A stretch of 34,240 nt of DNA from Acidimicrobiales bacterium. Lineage in GTDB: Bacteria; Actinomycetota; Acidimicrobiia; Acidimicrobiales; RAAP-2. The notes beneath the pieces were generated by a model, which worked only from the letters and a program-made list of their open reading frames with translations, was not told the origin of the DNA and did no database searches. The position numbers and the translations under genes were made by a program. Shown here piece by piece: positions 1 through 8,471 of the stretch (position 1 is its first letter; the number at the start of each line of letters is the position of its first letter). Location: positions 1 through 34,240 of the forward strand of contig JBOGFV010000022.1 in NCBI GenBank assembly GCA_050743525.1, written 5' to 3'.

Positions 1-1501
1 GCACCAGGTAGTACCCGCCGGGGAAGCTGAACCGCATGTTCGCCTGGATCTGCCACAACGCCCCGGCCGGGGTGGCCGCGCTTGGGTACGGATAGAGGAG
101 GGCAACCTGGCCCGCCGGGAGCCGCGCTGCGAGCGGCGAGCCGAAGTAGGTCGAGATCGGGACGGGGCGCGCGAAGTCGTAGGGGACCGCCGGGATGAGC
201 GGGATCAACGCCAAGACCGCCACTGCCGCTGGAGCCCCAATCGCCCTCACCGGGCCGGGCTCGTCGGTTCCTGACCTGAGCCGGTCCACGATGACGGCGA
301 GCAAGAGGGCTGAGGCCATCGCGACGTAGAGCGAAAAGCGCGCCGGCAAGATGTTGCGGAAGACCGGCAACCGGCTCACGAGGTCCCACGGGAGCGGGAC
401 CCCCCCAGTGGGCGCTCCGGTCGCAGTGGCCATCGGGGCTGATCGGACCACCAGCCGCGCCCCGAGCGAGCACACGAAGAAGACCACGCCTACGACTGCC
501 GCGACCTGCGCCGCCGCCTGTCGGCGCAGCCACACGGCTCCGGAGAGCAGAACAATGAGCAACGGGATCCCGAGATACGAGCCGTTCTCGGACCAGTTCC
601 CGGCGAACAGGTTGGCCATGTTGGCAAATGATGCTGGTGCGATGCGGATCAACCCATCGGGCGCGATCGGGCCAAGCAGGTCGGCGCGGTACAGCGCCGT
701 CATCTGGAGGGGGCCGTTGACGTGTTCAGGCCCAGCCAGCGCGTACCACGCGGGGTAGGCGAGCACGACGACGGCGATCCCAAGCGCCCATCCGAAGCCG
801 AGCGCCGCGTCCCGGAGACGATCCTTGAGGTGGTGACGCCCCCGGACCGCGATCACCACCGCCACGAGAAGCCCGGCCATGGCCGTGGTCACGAGCACCT
901 CGGTCGAGACGAAGAACTGGGCGACGACCAACAGGCCTAGCGCGATCCCGCGACGGCGAGCGTGGTGGCCGGATCGGACCGCGATCTCGTGGACGAGCAG
1001 CAGGATGATGGGCGGCAGCACGCAGAAGCTCAGATTGAGGTGCGCGGTGCCCTGGCCGATCTCGTAGGGGCCGAAGCCGTAGAGGAGGCCGGCAACGAAG
1101 GCGGCCGGTCGCCAACGCACGAACCGACGCACCACGAAGTACATCGAAGTTGCAGATCCAGCAAGGGCGACGGTCTCACCGAGGTTGAAGGCGGCGGTTG
1201 GGCCGAACAGCACCGTGATCGGCGAGAGGAGGAACCCGAGCAACGGACTCGAGGTCTGGTCGAGCAGGTTGATGCCGTGTGGCACGTTGACGAGGGCGGA
1301 GTGGAGAGGGTTGAGCCCATGGCCAAGCGCGTATGGGATCCAACTGAGGAACCACATCGTTTGCACGGCGTCGTTCTGGTACAGGTAGACGTGACCGAGC
1401 CCCCGGGCCCACAGCTCGCCATAGCAGACGACGGCCAAACCGCAGAAAAGCGCGACGACGAGGCCGTCGGACAGATCGAACGTCCTCGGGCGGGCGACCA
1501 A
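1..1501 (-). CDS. Polytopic integral membrane protein, C-terminus cut by the window edge. Function not assignable; a GT-C/YfhO-like membrane glycosyltransferase is only a guess.
   Basis: Absent from the ORF track because no stop lies inside the window. My own minus-strand translation, in the frame that follows the TAG at 1628..1626, starts at TTG(1501..1499). It reads VARPRTFDLSDGLVVALFCGLAVVCYGELWARGLGHVYLYQNDAVQTMWFLSWIPYALGHGLNPLHSALVNVPHGINLLDQTSSPLLGFLLSPITVLFG...FSFPGGYYLV and stays open to nt 1. It has many hydrophobic helices and G/C-rich third codon positions. The TTG start is tentative. Confidence 0.6.
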   Translation of the reverse strand, partial: MVARPRTFDLSDGLVVALFCGLAVVCYGELWARGLGHVYLYQNDAVQTMWFLSWIPYALGHGLNPLHSALVNVPHGINLLDQTSSPLLGFLLSPITVLFGPTAAFNLGETVALAGSATSMYFVVRRFVRWRPAAFVAGLLYGFGPYEIGQGTAHLNLSFCVLPPIILLLVHEIAVRSGHHARRRGIALGLLVVAQFFVSTEVLVTTAMAGLLVAVVIAVRGRHHLKDRLRDAALGFGWALGIAVVVLAYPAWYALAGPEHVNGPLQMTALYRADLLGPIAPDGLIRIAPASFANMANLFAGNWSENGSYLGIPLLIVLLSGAVWLRRQAAAQVAAVVGVVFFVCSLGARLVVRSAPMATATGAPTGGVPLPWDLVSRLPVFRNILPARFSLYVAMASALLLAVIVDRLRSGTDEPGPVRAIGAPAAVAVLALIPLIPAVPYDFARPVPISTYFGSPLAARLPAGQVALLYPYPSAATPAGALWQIQANMRFSFPGGYYLV

Positions 1502-1625
1502 AGGGCCCCCGTCTCGATGGGCCCGGCCTCCGAACCGAGGAGTGGTTTGGGGGTGGGTGAGATCGGTGGTGTCCGTGGACATGGGTGATCGACTGGGTGG
1601 CCGCGGCCGCCGAGGACCCGTTCGG

Positions 1626-3974
1626 CTAACTGAAGAGGCCGTCGCCCATCGCCTCGGCCACCTCGGCCTCGTCGATGCCGAGCAGCTCGGGGTACACCTC
1701 GAAGTTGTGTTCACCCGGGTATGCGGCGGCTTGCCGGTACGGCTCAAGCGTCATCGCGCTCCAGATGGCGGGATAGCGGTCGTGTGGCCGGATCCCGAAC
1801 GTCGGGTGATCGAATGTCCGCCACATGGCTCGGTCGACCAGCTGGGGGTCCACCATGAGGTCACCGGTGGTCTGGATCTTGCCGGCGGGTACGCCGGCAG
1901 CCTGGAGACGAGCGGCTCCTTCGTCGGCGTCGACCGTGGCCACCCACCGGCCGACCAGTCGATCGACGGCCTCGGGGTGCTCGATGCGGCCCTCAACCAT
2001 CGCCAGCTGCGGGTCGCCAGCCGCGCCGATGACGCCCGCGAGGCGCTGCCAGTCGCCGTCGTCCCGGCACGACACGGCCAGCCACTCGCCGTCGGCGGCC
2101 CGGTAGCACTCGTTCGGGGCCAGCTGTTCGAATGGATCCCGGTTGCCTTCGGGATGGGCCTCCCGTCCGTTGTTGAGGTAGTCGACCAGGGCGGGACCAA
2201 TCAGATACCCGCCCGTCTCCATCTGGGAGATGTCGACGTGCTGACCCTCACCGGTGGCCTGACGTCCCTCGAGCGCTGCCAGTACTGCGAACGCAGCCGA
2301 CAGCCCGGCCGCGATGTCGTTGAGCGAGAAGCCTGGCCCGAGGTCGCCCCGGCCGGGAGGGTTGGAGAGGTAGGTGAGGCCGCACATCGCGTGGATGGTG
2401 GGGGCAAAGGTGACCAGGCTCGCCCACGGCCCCTCGTGGCCGCAGCCCGACATGGTCACGTAGACGATGGCCGGGTTCCAGGCCTGTACCTCCTTATAGG
2501 AGAGGCCCCAGCGGTCGAGCACCCCGGCCGAGAAGTTCTCGATGAGGACGTCGCTCTGCTCAACGAGCTTGCGCATCACCTCGTTGGCCTGCTCGTGCTT
2601 CATGTTGAGGGTGACCACCCGCTTGGAGCGGTTCCACGCGTAGAAGTAGGGGTGAGCGGGGTCGTTCACCGTGCGGGCCCGCTCGGTCGTCTGGACCTTC
2701 ACGATGTCGGCCCCGAGATCCCCGAGGGTCCGGGTGCACATCGGGCCGGCCAGCACATGGCTCAAGTCGAGGACCCGAAGACCGCTCAGCGGCTTGTCCA
2801 GCTCGGCCGGCACTTCCTCGGGCCCCGGGGCCGGCCGCCCCCACGACTCGAGGAGCGCTTCGAAGTCAGCCAACTCCCCGGGCGGACGGGGTGCTGGGGC
2901 GGGCGTCCCCAGGAACCGGGCGATGGGGCCGGGGATCGAGACGTCCGGACCCGCCCAGTCGACTGGGCGGAAGAACCTGCGGTACTCGTGCTGTGGGTTG
3001 GTGGCCACCTGAGCCACGGTCTGGACCTCCGCGAAGGCGATGTGTCGTTCTTGGGCCGAGTGGAACAGCTCGCCGGCGTCCTTGGTCTTGGCGAACTCTC
3101 CGATCGTGTCCATGACCCTGCCGAGGTTCCCGATCAACTCCTCCGGAGGAAGTGTGGCCAGCTCGATCGCCGGCTCGAACTGCTCCTCCAACATCCAGGT
3201 CATGAGACCGACCGCGTTGGGCGTGGGCGTGATCATCTCCCAGCCGGTCTTGGCCGGCACCACTTTGTAGGCGCCGATCCAGTGCAACGAGCCCTGCCGC
3301 AACGCGACCTTCGGATAGGGCAGGTGGTCGTCGAACCAGTACTGGAACAGGAGCTGCTCGACCGTGGAGCAGACCGACTCGTGGAGCGAGAGGTCCACGT
3401 GCTGGCCCACCCCGGTGACCCCGGCCGCCCGGACCGCCGCCAAGCCGCTGATCGCGGCGAGGAGACCTCCGAAGTTGAAGGCCTGTCGGCCCCACGGGTT
3501 GATCGGCTGGTCGGGAAGCCCTGACACCGACAGAACTCCGCCCATGGCTGCCGCCACGAGGTCGCTCGTCTGCCAGCCAGCCCGGGGACCGGTCCGGCCG
3601 AACGGGGTGAGCGAGACTTGAGCGAGGCGGCGGTTGGTCGGCGCCAGGTCGGGGTGGTCGAGGCCCATGTCCGCGAGCGCGCCAGGTGCCTGCGTCTCGA
3701 CGATGAGGTCGACCCGTTCGGCCAGCGCGCGGTATCCGGTCCGACCGGCGTCGGTGGTGAGGTCGAGGTTGATTCGGGCCTTCCCGCCGTCGTACCACCA
3801 ATCGAGCAGGCCGCCCTGGGCCACCACCTCGACGTCGCGCATGGCCGGTCCTGGCGTCGTCGGGCAGATCTGGACGACGGATGCGCCGGACTCGGCGAGC
3901 AGCTTGGTCGCAAAGCGACCGCTGTCGTCGGTGACGTCCAGAACTCGGAGACCCTCCAATGGGCCCTGCATCAT
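1626..3974 (-). CDS. Duplicated (tandem two-domain) family III CoA-transferase, CaiB/BaiF type
   Basis: 782-aa ORF. The N-half begins MMQGPLEGLRVLDVTDDSGRFATKLLAESGASVVQI. The C-half restarts with LSGLRVLDLSHVLAGPMCTRTLGDLGADIVKV. Both halves carry a GQHVD(L/I)S segment. The C-half has the LNDIAAGLSAAFAVLAAL block expected around the catalytic Asp. Confidence 0.85.
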   Translation of the reverse strand: MMQGPLEGLRVLDVTDDSGRFATKLLAESGASVVQICPTTPGPAMRDVEVVAQGGLLDWWYDGGKARINLDLTTDAGRTGYRALAERVDLIVETQAPGALADMGLDHPDLAPTNRRLAQVSLTPFGRTGPRAGWQTSDLVAAAMGGVLSVSGLPDQPINPWGRQAFNFGGLLAAISGLAAVRAAGVTGVGQHVDLSLHESVCSTVEQLLFQYWFDDHLPYPKVALRQGSLHWIGAYKVVPAKTGWEMITPTPNAVGLMTWMLEEQFEPAIELATLPPEELIGNLGRVMDTIGEFAKTKDAGELFHSAQERHIAFAEVQTVAQVATNPQHEYRRFFRPVDWAGPDVSIPGPIARFLGTPAPAPRPPGELADFEALLESWGRPAPGPEEVPAELDKPLSGLRVLDLSHVLAGPMCTRTLGDLGADIVKVQTTERARTVNDPAHPYFYAWNRSKRVVTLNMKHEQANEVMRKLVEQSDVLIENFSAGVLDRWGLSYKEVQAWNPAIVYVTMSGCGHEGPWASLVTFAPTIHAMCGLTYLSNPPGRGDLGPGFSLNDIAAGLSAAFAVLAALEGRQATGEGQHVDISQMETGGYLIGPALVDYLNNGREAHPEGNRDPFEQLAPNECYRAADGEWLAVSCRDDGDWQRLAGVIGAAGDPQLAMVEGRIEHPEAVDRLVGRWVATVDADEGAARLQAAGVPAGKIQTTGDLMVDPQLVDRAMWRTFDHPTFGIRPHDRYPAIWSAMTLEPYRQAAAYPGEHNFEVYPELLGIDEAEVAEAMGDGLFS

Positions 3975-4004
3975 CGTCCTCCCCAGGCGTGGGTGAGCTT
4001 CACG

Positions 4005-4320
4005 TTAGGCAGTTTTGACGACGATCGAGGTCCTTGGTCCGAGCGGTTCGGGCTGGTGACCACGGTCCAGGACCGTCGGATGCTCCCGCCCAAACGGGCT
4101 GTACACCCCGATGTCCGCATCGGGATCACGGGCCCGCAGCTCCCCGCTGTGCGATCAGCGGAAGGAGGTGGTCCCCGTAGTTCTGTCCCCCAAACCCCAA
4201 CGGTTTCCGGCCTTCGCCATCTCCCGGCGCGATCAAGGCGAAGCCGGACCCCCGAATTGTACCGGGCGGCCAGAAGTTCCCTGGTGGAGAGGTCGTTGCC
4301 ACCGTGAGACCAGCCGCCTC
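4005..4320 (-). pseudogene. Possible remnant of the C-terminal part of an unidentified enzyme gene, read across three frames
   Basis: My own translation of this 'intergenic' stretch gives protein-like pieces in successive minus-strand frames. They are WSHGGNDLSTRELLAARYNSG, then GSGFALIAPGDGEGRKPLGFGGQNYGDHLLPLIAQRGAAGP (stop 4128..4126), then DPDADIGVYSPFGREHPTVLDRGHQPEPLGPRTSIVVKTA (4127..4008, TAA 4007..4005). There is no start codon and no single intact frame. Confidence 0.3.
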
Positions 4321-4329
4321 CCGACCCGG

Positions 4330-5610
4330 TCAGCCGCTGTCGCCGACGCTCGACTGGGAGAACTCGTCGGCCAGGAGCGACTCGCCTCGGAAGATGGGCG
4401 AGCGGCGGACCTGGCGCTCGATCGACGTCGCAGTCAGCGTGTAGCCAAGGAACAGCAGCAGGGAGACCGTCTGGATGGCCACGCCCGGCCACAGCGTGCT
4501 CGAGTGCGAGAGGACAAAGTCGTTGAGGGCGTGAAGGACCGCGGCCAGCGCGATGCCGCCGATGATGAGCTCGATCCGGCGGCGGGCGTAGTTGACCCCC
4601 ATCCCGATGAAAAAGGCTGACATGCCGGCCCAAATGGCGTGCTGGAACCCGTCGACGAACACCCGCTCGGCGAAGGCGAGCAGGTCGACGATCACCAGAC
4701 CCGGGTTGTGGTTGATCTGGAGCACCGAGGCGGCGGTGTAGCCCGAGGCCTCGCGGACGCCGAAGGTCAATCCCGAGATGGTGCCGAGGAACATCCACAT
4801 GCGGACGTCCCACCGGCTGCTCCGGGCCTTGCGGATCACGAGGGCGATCACAAGGACCGGCAGCGCCTTGGTGATCTCCTCGTTGAAGCCGACCCCGAGT
4901 GCGTCACCGAAGTGTTTCAGGGACAGGTGGTTGTTGATGTTGATCGTCACCACCTGCATCCACGCCAGGACCGCCCCGATGATCAGGATCGCCGCCAGCA
5001 CCTCCTTCTTCCCGATCCGACCGGGCCGGATCAGCAGGTAGAAGGCGATCGCCCACAGCGGGGCCACGTACAGGCTGTAAGCCCATCCCGGCGTCGTCGC
5101 GTTGGTGGTGTTGGAGTACAGCTGGATGAAGATGAGCGGCAAGAGCGCGTACGGGATCACCAAGATCCGCCAGCCTGTCCGCCATCCCCGGTTGGTGAGC
5201 CAGCTCCGCAGCGGCACCAGGATGTGGAGCGCAGAGGCGAACTCGCGCATCGCGTCCGGGTGTGCCGGTGCGGCTCCGACCCCTGCGCCCACCACCGGCA
5301 TCACCGCGTCGGCGGCGGGGGGGTGGGCGAGCTCGATCCGCAGCGCCGGCCCGTCGGGAGTGGCCAGGTGGATCTCCGTCGGGGCGGTGATGACCTGGCG
5401 ATCGACCGGGGTGCCGCCGACGAAGGTTCGGCCCTTGCTCACTTCGGTCAGGACCCAGCCCTCTGGGCCGTAGATGAGTTGCGCATGCTCCCTCGAGACC
5501 GACGGGTCGTCCACCACGACGGCGCTCTCGGCCGATCGACCGATGGTGACCATGCCCGGCGGCGCGAACTCGTGCACGCTCCCGGCCACGACGACTCGAA
5601 TGTTGCTCAT
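4330..5610 (-). CDS. FHA domain fused to a PrsW-family intramembrane metalloprotease
   Basis: The track ORF is 4330..5847. I prefer the ATG at 5610 (MSNIRVVVAG), which is preceded by a G-run usable as a ribosome-binding site. FHA signature: TIGRSAESAVVVDDPSVSREHAQLIYGPEGWVLTEVSKGRTFVGG. About 8 TM helices follow, carrying PrsW motifs: FNEEITKALP (EExxK), VDGFQHAIWAG and AAVLHALNDF (HxxxN/D). Confidence 0.8.
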   Translation of the reverse strand: MSNIRVVVAGSVHEFAPPGMVTIGRSAESAVVVDDPSVSREHAQLIYGPEGWVLTEVSKGRTFVGGTPVDRQVITAPTEIHLATPDGPALRIELAHPPAADAVMPVVGAGVGAAPAHPDAMREFASALHILVPLRSWLTNRGWRTGWRILVIPYALLPLIFIQLYSNTTNATTPGWAYSLYVAPLWAIAFYLLIRPGRIGKKEVLAAILIIGAVLAWMQVVTININNHLSLKHFGDALGVGFNEEITKALPVLVIALVIRKARSSRWDVRMWMFLGTISGLTFGVREASGYTAASVLQINHNPGLVIVDLLAFAERVFVDGFQHAIWAGMSAFFIGMGVNYARRRIELIIGGIALAAVLHALNDFVLSHSSTLWPGVAIQTVSLLLFLGYTLTATSIERQVRRSPIFRGESLLADEFSQSSVGDSG

Positions 5611-5773
5611 TACCCCCCCGGCAGCACAGATTCCGACGCGATCGACGGCGGCGAATCCTCGCATCAGATCGTCGGACCCGCCACCGGCCCGGGACGGGTA
5701 GTGCGCGCGGGGGTAACATCCGCGTCCCCACGGACGCTCGGGCCGGCCACGGCCCCGGGCCACAAGGAGGACC

Positions 5774-6883
5774 GTGCCCGATCCTGTCTGGGACCCATCG
5801 GGGAAGACCGCCGACGCGCTCAAATCCATCGTGTCGGACTTCGGCACGAGGGCGCTGTCGACGCCGTCGATCCTGGAGAACGTCCTTCACGACCTGCTCC
5901 CGGACTCGCCCCGCCAGGTAAGCCTGATCGTCGCGGCGGGCGGCTCGTCGGTCGCCGCCTCACTCCAGGAGCAGGTCGGCAACGGGATGGACCCGGAAAC
6001 CGCCGTCCGCCTGGCGGCCGCCCAGCTGGCCGAGCAGACCCCATTTGACGCGGCGGGCTGCCGCTGGGTGGTGGTCGAGTTCGCTCGAGCCCTCGGTCAC
6101 CAAGTCGCCGACAGTGCCGAGGTGCCGATCGCACCCACACCGGCAGTGGAGACCCCGGGACCGGCAGCGCCGGTTATGCCGGCCAGCCCCGTCAACCAAC
6201 CGAGCGCGGACAAGGCCGAGACGGTGCTCCCCGGGGCTCCTGGTGGGGACGCGACCCCGGTCCCTGCCACTCCGGTCGTGTCGGGCGGGGTGGCGGTACC
6301 GCGGAGGCGGCGCCGCACTCCGATGGTGCTCGTCGCGCTCTTGATCGTGCTCGGTGCCCTGGTCGGAGTAGCGGCCGGCACCCACTTCGGCCCCTTCAAG
6401 CCCTCTCCTTCGTCGGCGCCGCTAAGGAAGTTGCTCCCCGATGATGTCGCCGCGTGCACGACCAATGTCGGGCACTTCAAGTTCACCGGGATGACGGCGA
6501 TCATCGGTTGCAACGTGAACGCGATCGGCGGCCTCGTGTTCTCGTACCAGTTCGACAACCAGGCCGACTTCCAAACCAGCCTGGCCTCATTCAACAAGGC
6601 GGAAGGGTTCGCCCCCGGAAGGGCGAGCGGGAACTGCCCACCGAACCAAAGCGATGGCAATGGCGTGACCACCTGGCACAGCCATCTCTTCCCCCCCGTC
6701 TCCGGCCAGAAGCTGGAGTGCTACACGGTCTTCTCCAACCACAATGCCAATGACGCGCGCGCCACCTATGTCTGGGAAGTGCCGAGCGAGTTCGCGTTCT
6801 TCCAGGCGGTCACCGGTCGTGGCTACACCATGAACCAAATCAACAATTGGTGGGTCAACCACGCCGGGCCGTTCCACAAGTGA
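5774..6883 (+). CDS. Single-pass membrane protein: cytoplasmic helical N-domain, Pro/Ala-rich linker, RRRRR-TM anchor and Cys-containing extracytoplasmic domain (sensor-like, unknown family)
   Basis: GTG start at 5774, 3 nt after an AAGGAGG site. The TM segment is RRRRRTPMVLVALLIVLGALVGVAAG. The C-terminal domain has 4 Cys (CTTNVGHF..IIGCNVN..GNCPPNQ..LECYTV) and ends NNWWVNHAGPFHK. Confidence 0.75.
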   Translation: MPDPVWDPSGKTADALKSIVSDFGTRALSTPSILENVLHDLLPDSPRQVSLIVAAGGSSVAASLQEQVGNGMDPETAVRLAAAQLAEQTPFDAAGCRWVVVEFARALGHQVADSAEVPIAPTPAVETPGPAAPVMPASPVNQPSADKAETVLPGAPGGDATPVPATPVVSGGVAVPRRRRRTPMVLVALLIVLGALVGVAAGTHFGPFKPSPSSAPLRKLLPDDVAACTTNVGHFKFTGMTAIIGCNVNAIGGLVFSYQFDNQADFQTSLASFNKAEGFAPGRASGNCPPNQSDGNGVTTWHSHLFPPVSGQKLECYTVFSNHNANDARATYVWEVPSEFAFFQAVTGRGYTMNQINNWWVNHAGPFHK

Positions 6884-6893
6884 GCGCCCGCCC

Positions 6894-7610
6894 GTGACCG
6901 CGGTTTCGGAGCCCGTCATGCCAGGAGGCGGCGTCGCCCGCCGCCCGCTGCACTTCATCATCATGGCGGACTGCTCCGGCTCGATGGCTGGCGACCGGAT
7001 GCAGGCGCTCAACTACGCGATCGCCGACATGCTCCCGCAACTGGCCGACTGGGAGCGTGACCAGCTGGTCGCCCAGGTGATGGTGCGGGTCCTCGGATTC
7101 GCGACCGCCCCGGTGTGGCACGTCCCGGATCCGGTTCCCGTGGCCGACCTGCGCTGGAAGGCGCTGCACGCCGTCGCGGGTGGGTACACCAACATGGGGC
7201 CAGCATTCCGCGAGGTCGCGGCAGCGATCGGCCCGGACCGGCTGGAGAGCCGGGCGCTGAGGCCGGCGATCCTCCTCGTCACCGACGGTCGTCCGACCGA
7301 CTTGGGGAACGAGTTCGCCGATGGCCTCGCCGCGCTCACTTCCTTCCCGGCCGGCCAGGCCGCGCTCCGGCTGGCCATCGCGATCGGCCACGACGCCAAG
7401 TCCGAGTTCCTGGACCAATTCATCGGCGACCCGACGGTGCCGGTGATCGTGGCTGGCAACACCGAGGAGATCGCCGAGCGGCTGGTCGCCGCGTCGATCG
7501 CGGTCTCCCGGCTCTCCGAGTCGGGCGCCGACCAGGGGGCGCTCGTGAGCCAGCTGCTGGGCACCGGGTCGGGGCGCCCCGAGGACTCCGAGGACCAGAG
7601 CATCCTCTGA
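6894..7610 (+). CDS. von Willebrand factor A (vWA) domain protein, TerY-like
   Basis: Intact MIDAS start HFIIMADCSGSMAGDRM (DxSxS), a later LLVTDGRPTD block, and length 238 aa. It starts 10 nt after the previous stop. An alternative ATG lies at 6918. Confidence 0.85.
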   Translation: MTAVSEPVMPGGGVARRPLHFIIMADCSGSMAGDRMQALNYAIADMLPQLADWERDQLVAQVMVRVLGFATAPVWHVPDPVPVADLRWKALHAVAGGYTNMGPAFREVAAAIGPDRLESRALRPAILLVTDGRPTDLGNEFADGLAALTSFPAGQAALRLAIAIGHDAKSEFLDQFIGDPTVPVIVAGNTEEIAERLVAASIAVSRLSESGADQGALVSQLLGTGSGRPEDSEDQSIL

Positions 7611-7613
7611 GCG

Positions 7614-8471
7614 ATGACAAACCCGGCTGAAGCGTCGACCGGCCCCGCAGGGTGGGACGTCATGACCGCGTCCACACGCGGCGCCGCCCATGAGGCCACC
7701 GACCGTCCCAACCAGGACGCTCAGGGGTGGCGGGTGCTCGACCCGGCCCGCCGGCTGGTCATCGGGGCCGTGGCCGACGGCCACGGGCACTCCCGTCACT
7801 TCCGGTCCGAACAGGGCGCTCGCCTGGCCGTCGAGCAAGGGTGTGACGCCGCCGCCGCCGTTGTGGGCACCTTCGATGGGCTAGAGGCCGACGACCAGGT
7901 CGCCGGCGCGGTCCGGGCCGAACTCGTGGACCGGGTGGTCGACCGGTGGTCTCGTGCCGTCGCTGAGGACCACGACCGCAGGCCCTTCAACCCCGAGGAG
8001 GAGGCGGTCCGGGCGATGTACGACGACGAGGTCGCCATCGCCTATGGGAGCACCCTGCTCCTGCTCGTGCTCCTGCCGCGATGGGTGGTGGTGGCCCAGA
8101 TCGGCGACGGCGACGTCGTGGCGCTGCACGCCGATGGCTCGGTCGCGGTGCCGGTCCCCGTCGACCCGTCCCTCGACGGGCACTACACGACCAGCCTGTG
8201 TCAGCCCGGGGCGGCGGACTCGTTCCGCGTCGCGGTGCTCGACCGATCCGAGACCCCCGTCCTCGGCATGCTCGCCGCGACCGACGGGTTCGGCAACGCC
8301 CAGGCGGCCGAGCCCTGGCAGGACGCGGTGGGCACCGACCTCTCCGAGATGCTGCGGTCCAAGGGGACCGGCTGGGTGCGGGACCGGCTCGGGTCGTGGA
8401 CCGAGCAGTGCGCGTCGAGCGACGGGAGTGGCGACGACACCACGGTGCTGCTGGCGGTGGCCGACCGGTGA
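7614..8471 (+). CDS. PP2C-family Ser/Thr protein phosphatase
   Basis: Motifs: NQDAQGW, VIGAVADGHGHSRH, VVAQIGDGDVV, LAATDGFGN, SGDDTTVLLAV. It starts 3 nt after the vWA stop. Confidence 0.85.
   Translation: MTNPAEASTGPAGWDVMTASTRGAAHEATDRPNQDAQGWRVLDPARRLVIGAVADGHGHSRHFRSEQGARLAVEQGCDAAAAVVGTFDGLEADDQVAGAVRAELVDRVVDRWSRAVAEDHDRRPFNPEEEAVRAMYDDEVAIAYGSTLLLLVLLPRWVVVAQIGDGDVVALHADGSVAVPVPVDPSLDGHYTTSLCQPGAADSFRVAVLDRSETPVLGMLAATDGFGNAQAAEPWQDAVGTDLSEMLRSKGTGWVRDRLGSWTEQCASSDGSGDDTTVLLAVADR

Noticed and set aside
1542-3524. 660-aa plus-strand ORF
   Set aside because: It is antisense to the well-supported CoA-transferase gene. Its composition is Arg/Gly/Pro/Val-rich with no recognisable motifs, typical of a high-GC shadow ORF.
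6894-7610. Calling the locus a tellurite-resistance (ter) operon because the vWA protein is TerY-like
   Set aside because: No TerD, TerB, TerC, TerZ or associated biosynthetic genes are present in the window. Only the vWA/PP2C/kinase triad is present.
8081-8467. N-terminal extensions of track ORFs. Examples: kinase from 8081, GNAT from 13682, HDAC from 29568, reductase from 31285, SIP to 24407, mscL to 24475, sigma to 19885, secreted protein to 18151, P-loop gene to 21772, FHA-PrsW to 5847.
   Set aside because: In each case the extension overlaps a neighbouring real gene or is Arg/Pro/Gly-rich. An internal ATG/GTG with a plausible ribosome-binding site or a stop-start overlap gives a protein of canonical length.
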